Assembly (NCBI GenBank): GCA_044222065.1
Contig: JBGAOA010000018.1
Location: 1-63,807 of the forward strand
Reading direction: 5' to 3'
Origin: Candidatus Eiseniibacteriota bacterium
GTDB lineage: Bacteria > Eisenbacteria > RBG-16-71-46
DNA length: 63,807 nucleotides
Part shown: piece by piece, positions 1 to 10,369 of the stretch
Position numbering within the stretch: position 1 is the first letter of the stretch
Layout: the number at the start of each line of letters is the position of its first letter
Position numbers and translations under genes: made by a program
Notes under the pieces: model-generated
Database searches by the model: none
Seen by the model: only the letters and a program-made list of their open reading frames with translations
Told to the model about the DNA's origin: nothing

Positions 1-49
1 GAGCGGGGAGAGTAGAGAGGTGGGCAGCCGCCGTACAGAGGAAACCGAG

Positions 50-883
50 TCAGTCGCGGGCCATGTAGTTCCGCTTCAACCACGCGCTCAGGCCGTCGAG
101 GCCCGGGAACAACACGCGTTCGTTGAGGTTCATCTGGTCGAGCTTGTCGCGCACCTCCCACTTGAGCGCCGCCGGGATGACGATCTTGCGATAGAAGTCC
201 GGCCGCGACTCGAGCCACTGGTCCAGCTCGAGGTTCGGATCGTTCATGACCGAGAAGAGGGCGTACTGGTTGACGATGCGGGAGTCGATCGAGGGTGGCT
301 CGAAGAACGCGACGAACTTCCGCTTCCACTTCGCGTCGAACTGCTTCAAGTCACGTGCGGCCTTCGACAGCATGTTGACGTCGAAGACGTACGCGGTTCC
401 TTTCAGGATCTTCAGCATCTCCTGAGGGAGCGCATCCCGCACGGCAACCACGTTGACGCCCCAGATCGCGCCATCCGCGTCGTAGTGATCGGTTTCCGAG
501 GTGGCGAAGTGCGCGGCGACCTGCGGCGACCAGGTCCAGTCGAGCAATCGCGTCGGAAGCCCGTGGTGCTGCGCCAGACTCAGCCACTGCCATTCGGAGC
601 CCTGCTCCTGCAAAGCCTGGGGCGCGTACTTCCTGAAGCTCCGCACGAGCGAGGGCTCGAGGGTCCGATACTGTCGGCCCATGCGCGTCAGCGAGTTCTT
701 GAGCGTGAACCGAACGTCCGCGAGCCCGCGATATGCGTAGGGCGAGCGCCACATGCGCAGCCCCGGACTATAGGAGTCCTCGAACAGCTCTCGCTGCAGC
801 TCCAGCCACGACTTCACTCGGACTACGCTCGCCGTCGCCATGCATGCCTCCAGTCGGTGCATCAAGGGCGAGGCCGGCGCCAA
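50..883 (-). CDS. FRG domain-containing protein
   Basis: 277-aa ORF. It has the motif QHHGLPTRLLDWTWSP typical of FRG domains. Local GC appears lower than surroundings (visual estimate). Confidence 0.65.
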   Translation of the reverse strand: MAPASPLMHRLEACMATASVVRVKSWLELQRELFEDSYSPGLRMWRSPYAYRGLADVRFTLKNSLTRMGRQYRTLEPSLVRSFRKYAPQALQEQGSEWQWLSLAQHHGLPTRLLDWTWSPQVAAHFATSETDHYDADGAIWGVNVVAVRDALPQEMLKILKGTAYVFDVNMLSKAARDLKQFDAKWKRKFVAFFEPPSIDSRIVNQYALFSVMNDPNLELDQWLESRPDFYRKIVIPAALKWEVRDKLDQMNLNERVLFPGLDGLSAWLKRNYMARD

Positions 884-921
884 ATCGCGCCGGCCTCGCT
901 CGCTCGCTGCCGCTTCGAACC

Positions 922-2988
922 TCAGAGCTGCTTGTCGTTGCCCTTCATGCCGTCGGCGATCTTCTTGCGCATCGCCTCGGCGTCGGCACTTCGCGCGCCC
1001 GAAGGGGCGCCTAAGTCGCCGCCGATCTTCTCGGACAAGAGCATCGTCAGCAGCGCCTCCATCACGTTGCCCGACGACGGCGAGCCGCCGCCGTTGCCGC
1101 CCGTGCCGCCGCCGACGATCACGCGCGGCACGACGTCCACGCCCGAAGTCTGGATCGCCTCGGCGAAGCGGTTCATCACCTGCTGCGTGAGCTGGAAGCG
1201 CGGGCCGCCGTACGCGCGCACCTGCTCCTCGATCGCCATCGCCTGCGCGATGCCGACGCGCGCGGCGCGCTCGGCCTCGCCGGTCGCGAGCGCCTGGATG
1301 CGGCGCGCTTCGCCTTCGCCCGTGATGCGGATCTTCTCGGCCTCGGCGGTCGCGAGCGTCTGGATCTTCGACGCCTCCTGCTGGGCGCGCGCGAGGTCCG
1401 CCTTACCGTTGTTCGACTGCACCTGGATGCTCAGCTCCGACTCGGTGATCGCGGTCTGCTGCTTCGCGCGCGCTTCGGCCTCGCGCAGCTCGCGCTCCTT
1501 CACCGCCGCCTGCTCCTGGCGGTTGTAGGTCTCGACCTGCTCGGTCGCGATCTGGCGCGAGCGCAGCTGGATCAGGATCTGCTCGATCTGCCCGCCCTGC
1601 TGACCCGACGTGGGCGTGCCGATCAGCACCTCCTGCAGCTCGAGGTTGTACTGCCCGAACTTCTCCTTCATCTGCTCGGACGAGATCTTCTGGATGTCGC
1701 TGCGGTCCTGAATGAGCTGGATGAGCGTGCGCGTCTGCCCGATGTTCTTGAAGTACGCCGACACCATCGGGTCGAGCGTCTGCTCGACGAGCCGCTTGAT
1801 GTCGCCGAAGCGCTGGATGACGAGCGGCGCCTTGCGGTAGTCGATGTGCACGACGACCGACAGCGGCAGAGACGGCTCGAACGCGTCCTTCGTGATCAGC
1901 GACACCTCGGCCAGGTTCTCGTCGAACTTGTGCGAGCCGGTCTCGCCGCGCGTCCACTTCAGGATGAAGTTCGTCGTCGGCACCATGATCATCTTGCCGG
2001 CGTAGGTGTTGAACGCGTACTTGCCCGGCAGCAGCGCCTCGCTCCACACGCCGCGCGTGCCCTTCGCGACGAGTTCGCCGTGCTTGTACTCCGTGCCCGA
2101 GATATCGAGGCCGATCTCGCCCGTGTACGACACCACGACGCCGACGTTGCCCACCTCGACGACGGTCTTCGGGATCATCTCGACCGTCGCGAACAGGCGG
2201 TTGATGTAGTACGTGCCTTCGACGAGCACCTGCAGCTGGCGGCCGCGCATGCCGCCCGCGGCGAGGAAGCGCTCGGGGTCCTGGAAGCTGTTGTGATACG
2301 TGTCGGCCTTGCCGGCGTCGTCGCCGAGCGTGGGCGCGATGATCTGCCCCGGCGGCAGCGACGGGCCGTCGTGCACCGTGACGATGCCGACGTTGTCGTC
2401 GGTGCCCTTGATGATCACGGGAGCGAAGCCCTCGCGCTCGCGGATGATGCGCGCCATGCGCTGGAACACTTCCTCCTCGCCCTTTTCGAGCGGCAGGTAG
2501 TAGAGGCGCTCCTCGGTGATCACGACGAACGCCGAGAGGTTCAGCGCATACGTGCCTTCGCGGATGATCTTGCGCTGCGGTCCGCGCTGCCCGCCCTTCT
2601 TCAGGAACTCGGCCGCGTCCTGGAAGTCGCTCGCGACGGCGTTCGACGCGAGCGTCTGCGACGGCGGCAGCGGCGTGCCGTCGCGCGAGAACACGTAGCC
2701 GATCTTGCCCTGGGGAATCGTCACGAGCGGCACGATGTGCACGGAGTACTGGATCGGCAGCAGGTAGTGCAGGCCGCCGCGCAGCATGCCGGGCTGGAAG
2801 CCGGCTTCACCGTTGAGCGCGATGACGCCCTTGTCGAGCGAGCCCTTGGGGCTGATGCGCATCTCGATGATGCCGACCTTGTTGTTGGGGATGAAGCGGA
2901 TGCCGGCGAGCAGGAACAGCACGACCGCAACGCCGAGCACGAACAGGACTCCTTGAACGAGACCCATTCCCGCGAAAAGCATGGACAC
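922..2988 (-). CDS. Flotillin / SPFH (band 7) family protein, YqiK-like
   Basis: 688 aa. It has an N-terminal TM helix, an SPFH-like region, a long Ala/Glu/Gln-rich coiled-coil (AEARAKQQTAITESELSIQVQ...) and a Gly-rich C-terminus. This is the typical flotillin architecture. Confidence 0.85.
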   Translation of the reverse strand: MSMLFAGMGLVQGVLFVLGVAVVLFLLAGIRFIPNNKVGIIEMRISPKGSLDKGVIALNGEAGFQPGMLRGGLHYLLPIQYSVHIVPLVTIPQGKIGYVFSRDGTPLPPSQTLASNAVASDFQDAAEFLKKGGQRGPQRKIIREGTYALNLSAFVVITEERLYYLPLEKGEEEVFQRMARIIREREGFAPVIIKGTDDNVGIVTVHDGPSLPPGQIIAPTLGDDAGKADTYHNSFQDPERFLAAGGMRGRQLQVLVEGTYYINRLFATVEMIPKTVVEVGNVGVVVSYTGEIGLDISGTEYKHGELVAKGTRGVWSEALLPGKYAFNTYAGKMIMVPTTNFILKWTRGETGSHKFDENLAEVSLITKDAFEPSLPLSVVVHIDYRKAPLVIQRFGDIKRLVEQTLDPMVSAYFKNIGQTRTLIQLIQDRSDIQKISSEQMKEKFGQYNLELQEVLIGTPTSGQQGGQIEQILIQLRSRQIATEQVETYNRQEQAAVKERELREAEARAKQQTAITESELSIQVQSNNGKADLARAQQEASKIQTLATAEAEKIRITGEGEARRIQALATGEAERAARVGIAQAMAIEEQVRAYGGPRFQLTQQVMNRFAEAIQTSGVDVVPRVIVGGGTGGNGGGSPSSGNVMEALLTMLLSEKIGGDLGAPSGARSADAEAMRKKIADGMKGNDKQL

Positions 2989-3264
2989 TCACTCCTGGCT
3001 GGTCTGTGCGCGCTCCGTCTCAGGGGGTCCGCGGCGGACCCGGCGGGAGGCTGGCGCACGTGGGTTGCGCGGGCGGGGGTTTTGGTCGCCCGGCGCTGCC
3101 GCTGGACCGGGACGCTACAGGGCGCGCGCCGCGATTCAAGCGAAACCGGACAAGCCGGAGCGATTGCTCGGACTGCGCGGACGGCGGCGGACGAACCGTC
3201 CGTTCGCGAACGCGATCCGTCGCACGGCGAACGGGCGCACGAGCGATGTGGCGGCGGGCGCGTC

Positions 3265-3304
3265 GGTGACACGGGTAACGGGTTGTCACCCGATCCGGGT
3301 GACA
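3265..3304. promoter_or_regulatory. Inverted repeat GGTGACA-N12-TGTCACC plus a third GGTGACA half-site, in the 560-bp divergent intergenic region
   Basis: Read directly: GGTGACA at 3265-3271, TGTCACC at 3284-3290, GGTGACA at 3298-3304. It lies between the divergent flotillin (-) and 3551 (+) genes. Confidence 0.3.
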
Positions 3305-3550
3305 GAGGAAACACTTCGAGGCTCGATCGAAGCGGACACCGCGCACACGCCGCGCTCCGAGTCGTGCGCATTCGCCCGCCGGATGCGCGGTTCGCGGCGC
3401 TCGGCCCCGCCTCGGCGAGCGCCACCCCGGCGCGGCACCCGAAATGCTCGTCCCCCCGTTGGGTCCTCCCCTCTCCGCCACGATCGTCACGCAACGCGAC
3501 CGCACCCGGGCGTGATCCGCGACGGCGCCCGCCGTCCGTGGGGGAGCGAC

Positions 3551-4291
3551 ATGCCGCTTTCACCTCGACACGCCGTACCACTCGCCGCCCTCGTGGGGTT
3601 CACACTCGTGACTTTCGACCCGATCGCTTCACCGGCGCGCGCCGACGTTCGCGACGACCGCGCCGAATACTCGACGCCTGCGCTCAACTCGCTCGGCTTC
3701 CGCGACTGGACGCTGCGGCTGCTCACCCGCGGCCGCAACGCCCGCCCCGAGATCGGCCCCGGCATGCTCGCCGCTGCCGACGTCGAAGACGACGCTCCGC
3801 CGCGCGAACGACCGCGCGCCGCGCGCCGCCCGCGCGCCCGCGACCTCGCCGTCTCGCTCGGCGAGCCGGACGCGCGCGAGCGCGGCGCGCTCGACGACGC
3901 GGCCGCCGCGGTCGAGCCGGCCGACGGCGACCACTCGTCGGCCCAGGACGCCGAGGGCGAACACGCGCTCAGCGTCGCGCGCGTGAAGCTGCGCCGCGCC
4001 GTGCCGCTCGGCGCGCAGCCGGCCGCAACACCCACCGAGCTCGGCATCGCGGCGCTGCCGTCGCTCGACGGAGAATCGCCGACGCTCGAACTCGCGTTCC
4101 CGTCGGCCGGTGAGGCGTCGCTGCAACTGTTCGACGTCGCGGGCCGGCGGCTCGACCGCGTCGCCGTCGGAGCGAGCAGTCCGGGCCGCCGGATCGTCGC
4201 GCTCGACACGCATCGAGTGCCGCGCGGCGTCTACTTCCTGTTGCTCACGCAGGGGCCGCGAGTCGCCGTCTTGCAGCTTGCGCGGCGCTGA
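3551..4291 (+). CDS. Secreted low-complexity protein with T9SS-type (Por secretion) C-terminal sorting domain
   Basis: ATG at 3551 follows GGGGAG. The N-terminal signal-like segment is MPLSPRHAVPLAALVGFTLVTF. The C-terminus LQLFDVAGRRLDRV...PRGVYFLLLTQGPRVAVLQLARR resembles a T9SS CTD beta-sandwich. The middle is Ala/Arg/Asp-rich. Confidence 0.5.
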   Translation: MPLSPRHAVPLAALVGFTLVTFDPIASPARADVRDDRAEYSTPALNSLGFRDWTLRLLTRGRNARPEIGPGMLAAADVEDDAPPRERPRAARRPRARDLAVSLGEPDARERGALDDAAAAVEPADGDHSSAQDAEGEHALSVARVKLRRAVPLGAQPAATPTELGIAALPSLDGESPTLELAFPSAGEASLQLFDVAGRRLDRVAVGASSPGRRIVALDTHRVPRGVYFLLLTQGPRVAVLQLARR

Positions 4292-4329
4292 AGCGTCGCG
4301 GACAATTCCGGCCGAACGAAGCCGCACCC

Positions 4330-4405
4330 GGGGCGCACGTCGTCAGCCCACCGTGGGTGATGTCCAGCACGGTGGTCACGCATGGCGTGCGCCCCTCTTT
4401 TTTTT
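4330..4405 (+). terminator. Rho-independent terminator candidate: GGGGCGCACG...CGTGCGCCCC stem followed by a T8 run
   Basis: Arms are at 4330-4339 and 4386-4395, with internal sub-hairpins (CCCACCGTGGG). TTTTTTTT at 4398-4405 is immediately downstream of the 3551-4291 CDS. A T8 run is rare in this GC-rich sequence. Confidence 0.55.
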
Positions 4406-4421
4406 CAGCGTCGCGCCGGCC

Positions 4422-4766
4422 TCAGCCCGGCGGCCACTGGAGCGCGCGCCCGCCGAGCAGGTGGAAGTGCAGGTGCGGGACGGACTGGCCGCCGTCGGCG
4501 CCGACGTTCGTGACGAGCCGCCAGCCGCGCTCGAGCTTCTCCGCGCGCGCGACGTCGGCGGCGAGCGCGAACAGCTCTCCGAGCAGCGCGCCGTTCGAAG
4601 CGCCGAGGGCCGCGGCCGAATCGGCGACGTGCGACTTCGGGATCACGAGCACGTGCGTCGGCGCCTGGGGCTGGATGTCGCGGAACGCGAGCGCGTGCGC
4701 GCTCTCGGCGACCTTGTGCGCGGGAATCTCGCCGCGCGCGATGCGGCAGAACAGGCAATCGGACAT
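4422..4766 (-). CDS. HIT (histidine triad) family protein
   Basis: Start MSDCLFCRIARGEIP. The histidine triad HLHFHLLGG is present. 114 aa. ATG is at 4764-4766 on the minus strand. Confidence 0.85.
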   Translation of the reverse strand: MSDCLFCRIARGEIPAHKVAESAHALAFRDIQPQAPTHVLVIPKSHVADSAAALGASNGALLGELFALAADVARAEKLERGWRLVTNVGADGGQSVPHLHFHLLGGRALQWPPG

Positions 4767-4942
4767 GGACGCTCCTCCCTCGCGTGAGCACGGCGGACGC
4801 GCCGCATCGTAGCGAGCGCACGCACCGCGAACCAGCCGATGAAAAACGCATGAAACGTCGGCGCGCGCCGCGGGCCCGCGCGCTTGACCTCGCGCGCCGA
4901 CGACCCAACAATCGCGCAGTCTCTTCAACCAGGAGCATCGTC

Positions 4943-6244
4943 ATGACGCATCGGAAGAAACTCGCGATCCTCGTCGGCGGCGGGCCCGCCCCCGGGATCA
5001 ATGCGGTGATCGGCGCGGCCACGATCCGCGCCGCAGTGGAAGGGGTCGAGGTCGTCGGCATCGAGGACGGCTTCGAGCAGCTCATGCACGGCAAGGTGGA
5101 CCGCGTGCGGGAGCTGACGATCGAGGCGGTGAGCCGCATTCACTTCCGCGGCGGGTCGTACATCGGCATCGCGCGCGCGAACCCCACGACCAAGCCCGAG
5201 TACCTCGAGAACACGATCATCTCGCTGCTGCGGATGAACGTGACCGACCTCATCACGATCGGCGGCGACGACACGGCGTTCTCGGCGCTGCGCCTCGACC
5301 AGCAGTCGCAGGGGCGCATCAAGGTCGTGCACGTGCCGAAGAGCATCGACAACGACCTCGATTTGCCGCCCCACGTGGACACGTTCGGCTTCCAGACCGC
5401 GCGTCACGTCGGCGTCGAGATCCTGAAGAACCTGCTCGTGGACGCGAAGACGACGTCGCGCTGGTACTTCGTCATCGCGATGGGCCGCAAGGCCGGTCAC
5501 CTCGCGCTCGGCATGGGCAAGGCCGCCGGCACGACGCTCACGCTGATCCCCGAGGAGTTCCGCAAGCGCCCGATCCGCCTGAAGACGCTCGTGGACACGC
5601 TCGTCGGCGCGATCATCAAGCGACTCAACTACGGCCGGCGCGACGGCGTCGCGGTGATCGCCGAGGGCGTCGTGCTCGACATCGATCCCAAGGACCTCGA
5701 GCACTTGGAAGAGACCGAGCGCGACGCGCACGGTCACCTGCGCATCGCCGAAGTGAACATCGGCGAGATCCTGAAAGGCGAGGTCGAGAAGCGCCTCAAG
5801 GACTTCGGGCTCAAGACGACGATCGTGGCGAAGAACGTCGGCTACGAGCTGCGCTGCGCCGATCCGATCGCGTTCGACATGGACTACTCGCGCGACCTCG
5901 GTTACTGCGCGTCCAAGTTCCTGCTGTCGGGCGGGCACGGCGTCGTCGTGACGATGCAGGCCGGCGCGTTCGTTCCGGTGCCGTTCGCGCAGCTCGTGGA
6001 CCCAACGACGGGCCGGCCGCGCGTGCGCCTCGTGGACGTGACGTCGGCGCGTTACGCGATCGCGCGGCGCTACATGATCCGGCTGCGCCGGGACGACTTC
6101 GAGGACGCGCACGAACTGGCGAAGTTCGCCGCGACCGTCGGGCTGTCGCTCGAGGAATTCCGCGAGCAGTTCCAGTACCTGATCGACGACGAGCTGCCGC
6201 CGCTCCACTTCGACACGATACCGTCCGTCACCGTGGCCCCGTGA
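4943..6244 (+). CDS. 6-phosphofructokinase, long PfkA-family form. Signature residues (GGDDT, PKSIDND) are consistent with a PPi-dependent type.
   Basis: ATG at 4943 is preceded by AGGAG at 4931-4935. It carries GGGPAPGINAV, TIGGDDTAFSA and PKSIDNDL. 433 aa. Its stop overlaps the aceK start. Confidence 0.88.
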   Translation: MTHRKKLAILVGGGPAPGINAVIGAATIRAAVEGVEVVGIEDGFEQLMHGKVDRVRELTIEAVSRIHFRGGSYIGIARANPTTKPEYLENTIISLLRMNVTDLITIGGDDTAFSALRLDQQSQGRIKVVHVPKSIDNDLDLPPHVDTFGFQTARHVGVEILKNLLVDAKTTSRWYFVIAMGRKAGHLALGMGKAAGTTLTLIPEEFRKRPIRLKTLVDTLVGAIIKRLNYGRRDGVAVIAEGVVLDIDPKDLEHLEETERDAHGHLRIAEVNIGEILKGEVEKRLKDFGLKTTIVAKNVGYELRCADPIAFDMDYSRDLGYCASKFLLSGGHGVVVTMQAGAFVPVPFAQLVDPTTGRPRVRLVDVTSARYAIARRYMIRLRRDDFEDAHELAKFAATVGLSLEEFREQFQYLIDDELPPLHFDTIPSVTVAP

Positions 6245-7977
6245 CCGATGCCGGCCTGATCGTCGAAGCGTTCGACGCCTTCCTCGCGCGCCAGCTCGAG
6301 CTGGTGCGCGAGGCGCGCCGGCACTTCGAGCAGGCCGACTGGCAGGCGGTGCAGCGCGACACCGCGCGGCGGCTCGACCTCTACAACGCGGCCGTGCAGG
6401 AAGGGCTCGACGCGCTGCGTGCGCGGCTCGGCGAACGGCTGAACGAGCGCGCGACCTGGAGCGACCTGCGCGCGAAGTTCGCCGCGATCGTCGAGGGCCG
6501 CGGCGACGTCGAGGTGGCCGAGACGTTCTTCAACAGCTGCACGCGGCGCATCTTCCAGACCGTCGGCGTGGACCCGGGCGTCGAGTTCGTTTCGCCGGCG
6601 GGCGACGTGCGCGCGCCGCTTCACGCCGGCGACCGGCTGCGGCGGCACTTCGAGCGCCGCGGCACGCTCGTCGCGATGTTCCGCGACGTGCTCGACGCGT
6701 ACGCGTTCGAGACGCCGTGGCGCGACGCCGAGGGCGACGCGGCGCTGATCGCCGCGGCCGTCGCGCGGAACCACCTCGAGTCGAGCGTGCGCGGCCTCGA
6801 ACTGGGGCGGCCGGTGTTCTTCCGCTCGAAGGCGGCGTACGTCGTCGGACGGCTGCTCACCGACTCGGGAGCGGTGCCGTTCCTGCTCGCGCTCCGCAAT
6901 CCCGGCGGCGGCATCGTCACCGACGCCGTGCTGCTCACCGCCGACGAAGTGAGCGTCGTGTTCAGCTTCGCGCGCAGCTACTTCCTCGTCGAGATGGAGC
7001 GGCCGCGCGAGATGGTCGAGTTCCTCGGCTCGATCATGCCGCGCAAGCCGCTCGCCGAGCTGTACAACGCGATCGGCTGGAACAAGCACGGCAAGACCGA
7101 GCTGTATCGCTCGATCCTCCACCACCTCGAGACGAGCGACGACCGCTTCGAGGTCGCCGCCGGCCAGCGCGGCATGGTGATGGCCGTGTTCACGCTGCCG
7201 CGCTTCGACGTCGTCTTCAAGGTCATCCGCGACCGCTTCCTGCCGCCGAAGACCGTGACGCACGAGGAAGTGCGCGCGAAGTACCGGCTCGTGTTCCGCC
7301 ACGACCGCGCGGGCCGCCTCGTGGACGCACAGGAGTTCGAGCACCTCGCGTTCGACCGCGCGCGCTTCGACGCCGCGCTGCTCGACGAGCTGCTCGCGAG
7401 CTGCTCCGAGCGCGTGCGCGCCGAGGGCGACCGCGTCGTGATCTCGCACCTCTACACCGAGCGCCGGCTGCGGCCGCTCGACGTGTACCTGCGCGAGGCC
7501 GACCCGGACGCGGCGCGCGACGCCGTCGTGGACTACGGGCAGGTGCTGCGCGACCTCGCCGCGACGAACATCTTCCCCGGCGACATGCTGCTCAAGAACT
7601 TCGGCGTGTCGCGCCACGGGCGGCTCATCTTCTACGACTACGACGAGCTGTGCCGCCTCGACGAGTGCCGCTTCCGCCCGCTGCCGGCGGCCCGCGACGA
7701 CGGCGAGGAGACCTCGGCCGAGCCTTGGTTCTACGTGAGCGAGCGCGATATCTTCCCCGAGGAATTCCGGTCGTTCCTCGGTCTTCCGCCCGAACTGCTC
7801 GCCGTCTTCCTGGAGCATCACGCCGAGCTGCTCGGACCGGCGTTCTGGACGCGCATGCAGGAGCTGCACGCGCGCGGCGAAGTGCTCGACGTCTATCCCT
7901 ACCGCTCGTCGCGACGGTTGCGCCATCAGCCGCGCTCCGCGGCGCGGCGCGGCGAGAACTCTCAATCGAAGGAGTGA
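6241..7977 (+). CDS. aceK: Bifunctional isocitrate dehydrogenase kinase/phosphatase
   Basis: 578 aa with full-length AceK-like sequence (LYNAIGWNKHGKTELYRSILHHLE...FPGDMLLKNFGVSRHGRLIFYDYDE). The GTG start at 6241 overlaps the PFK TGA at 6242-6244. Confidence 0.88.
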   Translation: MTDAGLIVEAFDAFLARQLELVREARRHFEQADWQAVQRDTARRLDLYNAAVQEGLDALRARLGERLNERATWSDLRAKFAAIVEGRGDVEVAETFFNSCTRRIFQTVGVDPGVEFVSPAGDVRAPLHAGDRLRRHFERRGTLVAMFRDVLDAYAFETPWRDAEGDAALIAAAVARNHLESSVRGLELGRPVFFRSKAAYVVGRLLTDSGAVPFLLALRNPGGGIVTDAVLLTADEVSVVFSFARSYFLVEMERPREMVEFLGSIMPRKPLAELYNAIGWNKHGKTELYRSILHHLETSDDRFEVAAGQRGMVMAVFTLPRFDVVFKVIRDRFLPPKTVTHEEVRAKYRLVFRHDRAGRLVDAQEFEHLAFDRARFDAALLDELLASCSERVRAEGDRVVISHLYTERRLRPLDVYLREADPDAARDAVVDYGQVLRDLAATNIFPGDMLLKNFGVSRHGRLIFYDYDELCRLDECRFRPLPAARDDGEETSAEPWFYVSERDIFPEEFRSFLGLPPELLAVFLEHHAELLGPAFWTRMQELHARGEVLDVYPYRSSRRLRHQPRSAARRGENSQSKE

Positions 7978-7983
7978 CGCGTC

Positions 7984-9264
<1,281 letters not shown>

Positions 9265-9271
9265 GGACGCG

Positions 9272-10051
9272 GTGCACGACCGCCCGCTGACTCCGGAGGC
9301 GCTCCGTGGGATGGATCCCACGGGGCGCTTTTCCGATCGCGCGTCGGACTACGTGCGCCACCGTCCGGACTATCCGGCGATCGCGTTCGACGCGATGCTC
9401 GAGGGCCTCGGCGCGCCCGAGTCGCTGCTCGCCGCCGACGTCGGCGCCGGCACCGGCATCTCGACCCGGCCGCTCGCCGAGCGCGGCGTGCGCGTCGTCG
9501 CGATCGAGCCGAACGCCGCGATGCGCGCGGCCGCCGAGCCGCACGCGAACGTCGCGTGGCGCGACGGTTCGGCCGAGGCGACGGGGCTCCCCGACGCGTG
9601 CGTGGACCTCGTGCTGTGCGCTCAGGCGTTCCACTGGTTCCGACAGGCGGAAGCGCTCGCCGAGTTCCGGCGCGTGCTGAGGAGCGGCGGACGGTTCGCG
9701 CTGATGTGGAACGTGCGCGACGACTCGGACGCCCTCACGCGCGAGTACATCGAGGCCATTCATGCGACCAACGGCGTCCATGCGTCGGAGCGCATTCCGT
9801 TCGATCCGGCGACGAGCGATCAGGTCGGTGGCTTCGGGCCGGTCGGGTTTCACGCGTTCCCCCACGAGCAGGCGCTGGATCGCGACGGGCTCCTCGGGCG
9901 TGCGACGAGTTCCTCGTACGTGTCGCGCGAGCCCGCGAAGCTCGAGGCGCTCACGCGCCTGCTGCACGAGGCGTTCGAGCGCCACCGCGACGCGCGCGGG
10001 CTCGTCACGATGCGCTACGTCACCGAAGTCTGGATGGCGTCGCGGCTCTAG
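9272..10051 (+). CDS. Class I SAM-dependent methyltransferase
   Basis: Motif I is VGAGTGISTRPLAERG. The CAQAFHWF motif is typical of Methyltransf_11/25. GTG start at 9272; the exact start is uncertain. Confidence 0.8.
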   Translation: MHDRPLTPEALRGMDPTGRFSDRASDYVRHRPDYPAIAFDAMLEGLGAPESLLAADVGAGTGISTRPLAERGVRVVAIEPNAAMRAAAEPHANVAWRDGSAEATGLPDACVDLVLCAQAFHWFRQAEALAEFRRVLRSGGRFALMWNVRDDSDALTREYIEAIHATNGVHASERIPFDPATSDQVGGFGPVGFHAFPHEQALDRDGLLGRATSSSYVSREPAKLEALTRLLHEAFERHRDARGLVTMRYVTEVWMASRL

Positions 10052-10123
10052 GCGGCGCTGCGGCCTGCGGCGCGCCCGGACCCCGCGCTTCGCGCCGCGC
10101 GCCCCGCGCGCTACCCTTCCGCC

Positions 10124-10360
10124 GTGCCTCGCGATTCGAAGAAGCCGCCGCGCCAGCGCGGGAAGACGAACGAGCGCGCGCCGAAGCCGCGCGCGACGCC
10201 GGCGAAGCCGCGGCCCGAACCGCCGGGGCATCTCGCCGCGCGCGCGGCGTGGTTCCAGCGCCGGCGCCGCGGCGAGGCGGCCGAGCCCGCGCCGCCTTCG
10301 CCCCCGGACGACGCGGCGCGCGACGACGCGGACGCGAGCGACGACGATGACGAGCGCTAG
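10124..10360 (+). CDS. Hypothetical small, highly charged protein (basic N-term, acidic C-term)
   Basis: 78-aa ORF with GTG start and no clear RBS. It is low-complexity. It fills the convergent intergenic space and may be spurious. Confidence 0.2.
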   Translation: MPRDSKKPPRQRGKTNERAPKPRATPAKPRPEPPGHLAARAAWFQRRRRGEAAEPAPPSPPDDAARDDADASDDDDER

Positions 10361-10369
10361 CGGCGCCGC

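Noticed and set aside
20-1528. 502-aa plus ORF across the FRG and flotillin loci
   Set aside because: It is antisense to two well-supported genes and has a low-complexity translation.
1846-4113. 755-aa plus-strand ORF spanning the flotillin gene antisense and the intergenic region
   Set aside because: Arg/Ala/Asp-rich low-complexity translation with no domain-like motifs. It is antisense to a well-supported flotillin gene. This is a typical high-GC open-frame artifact.
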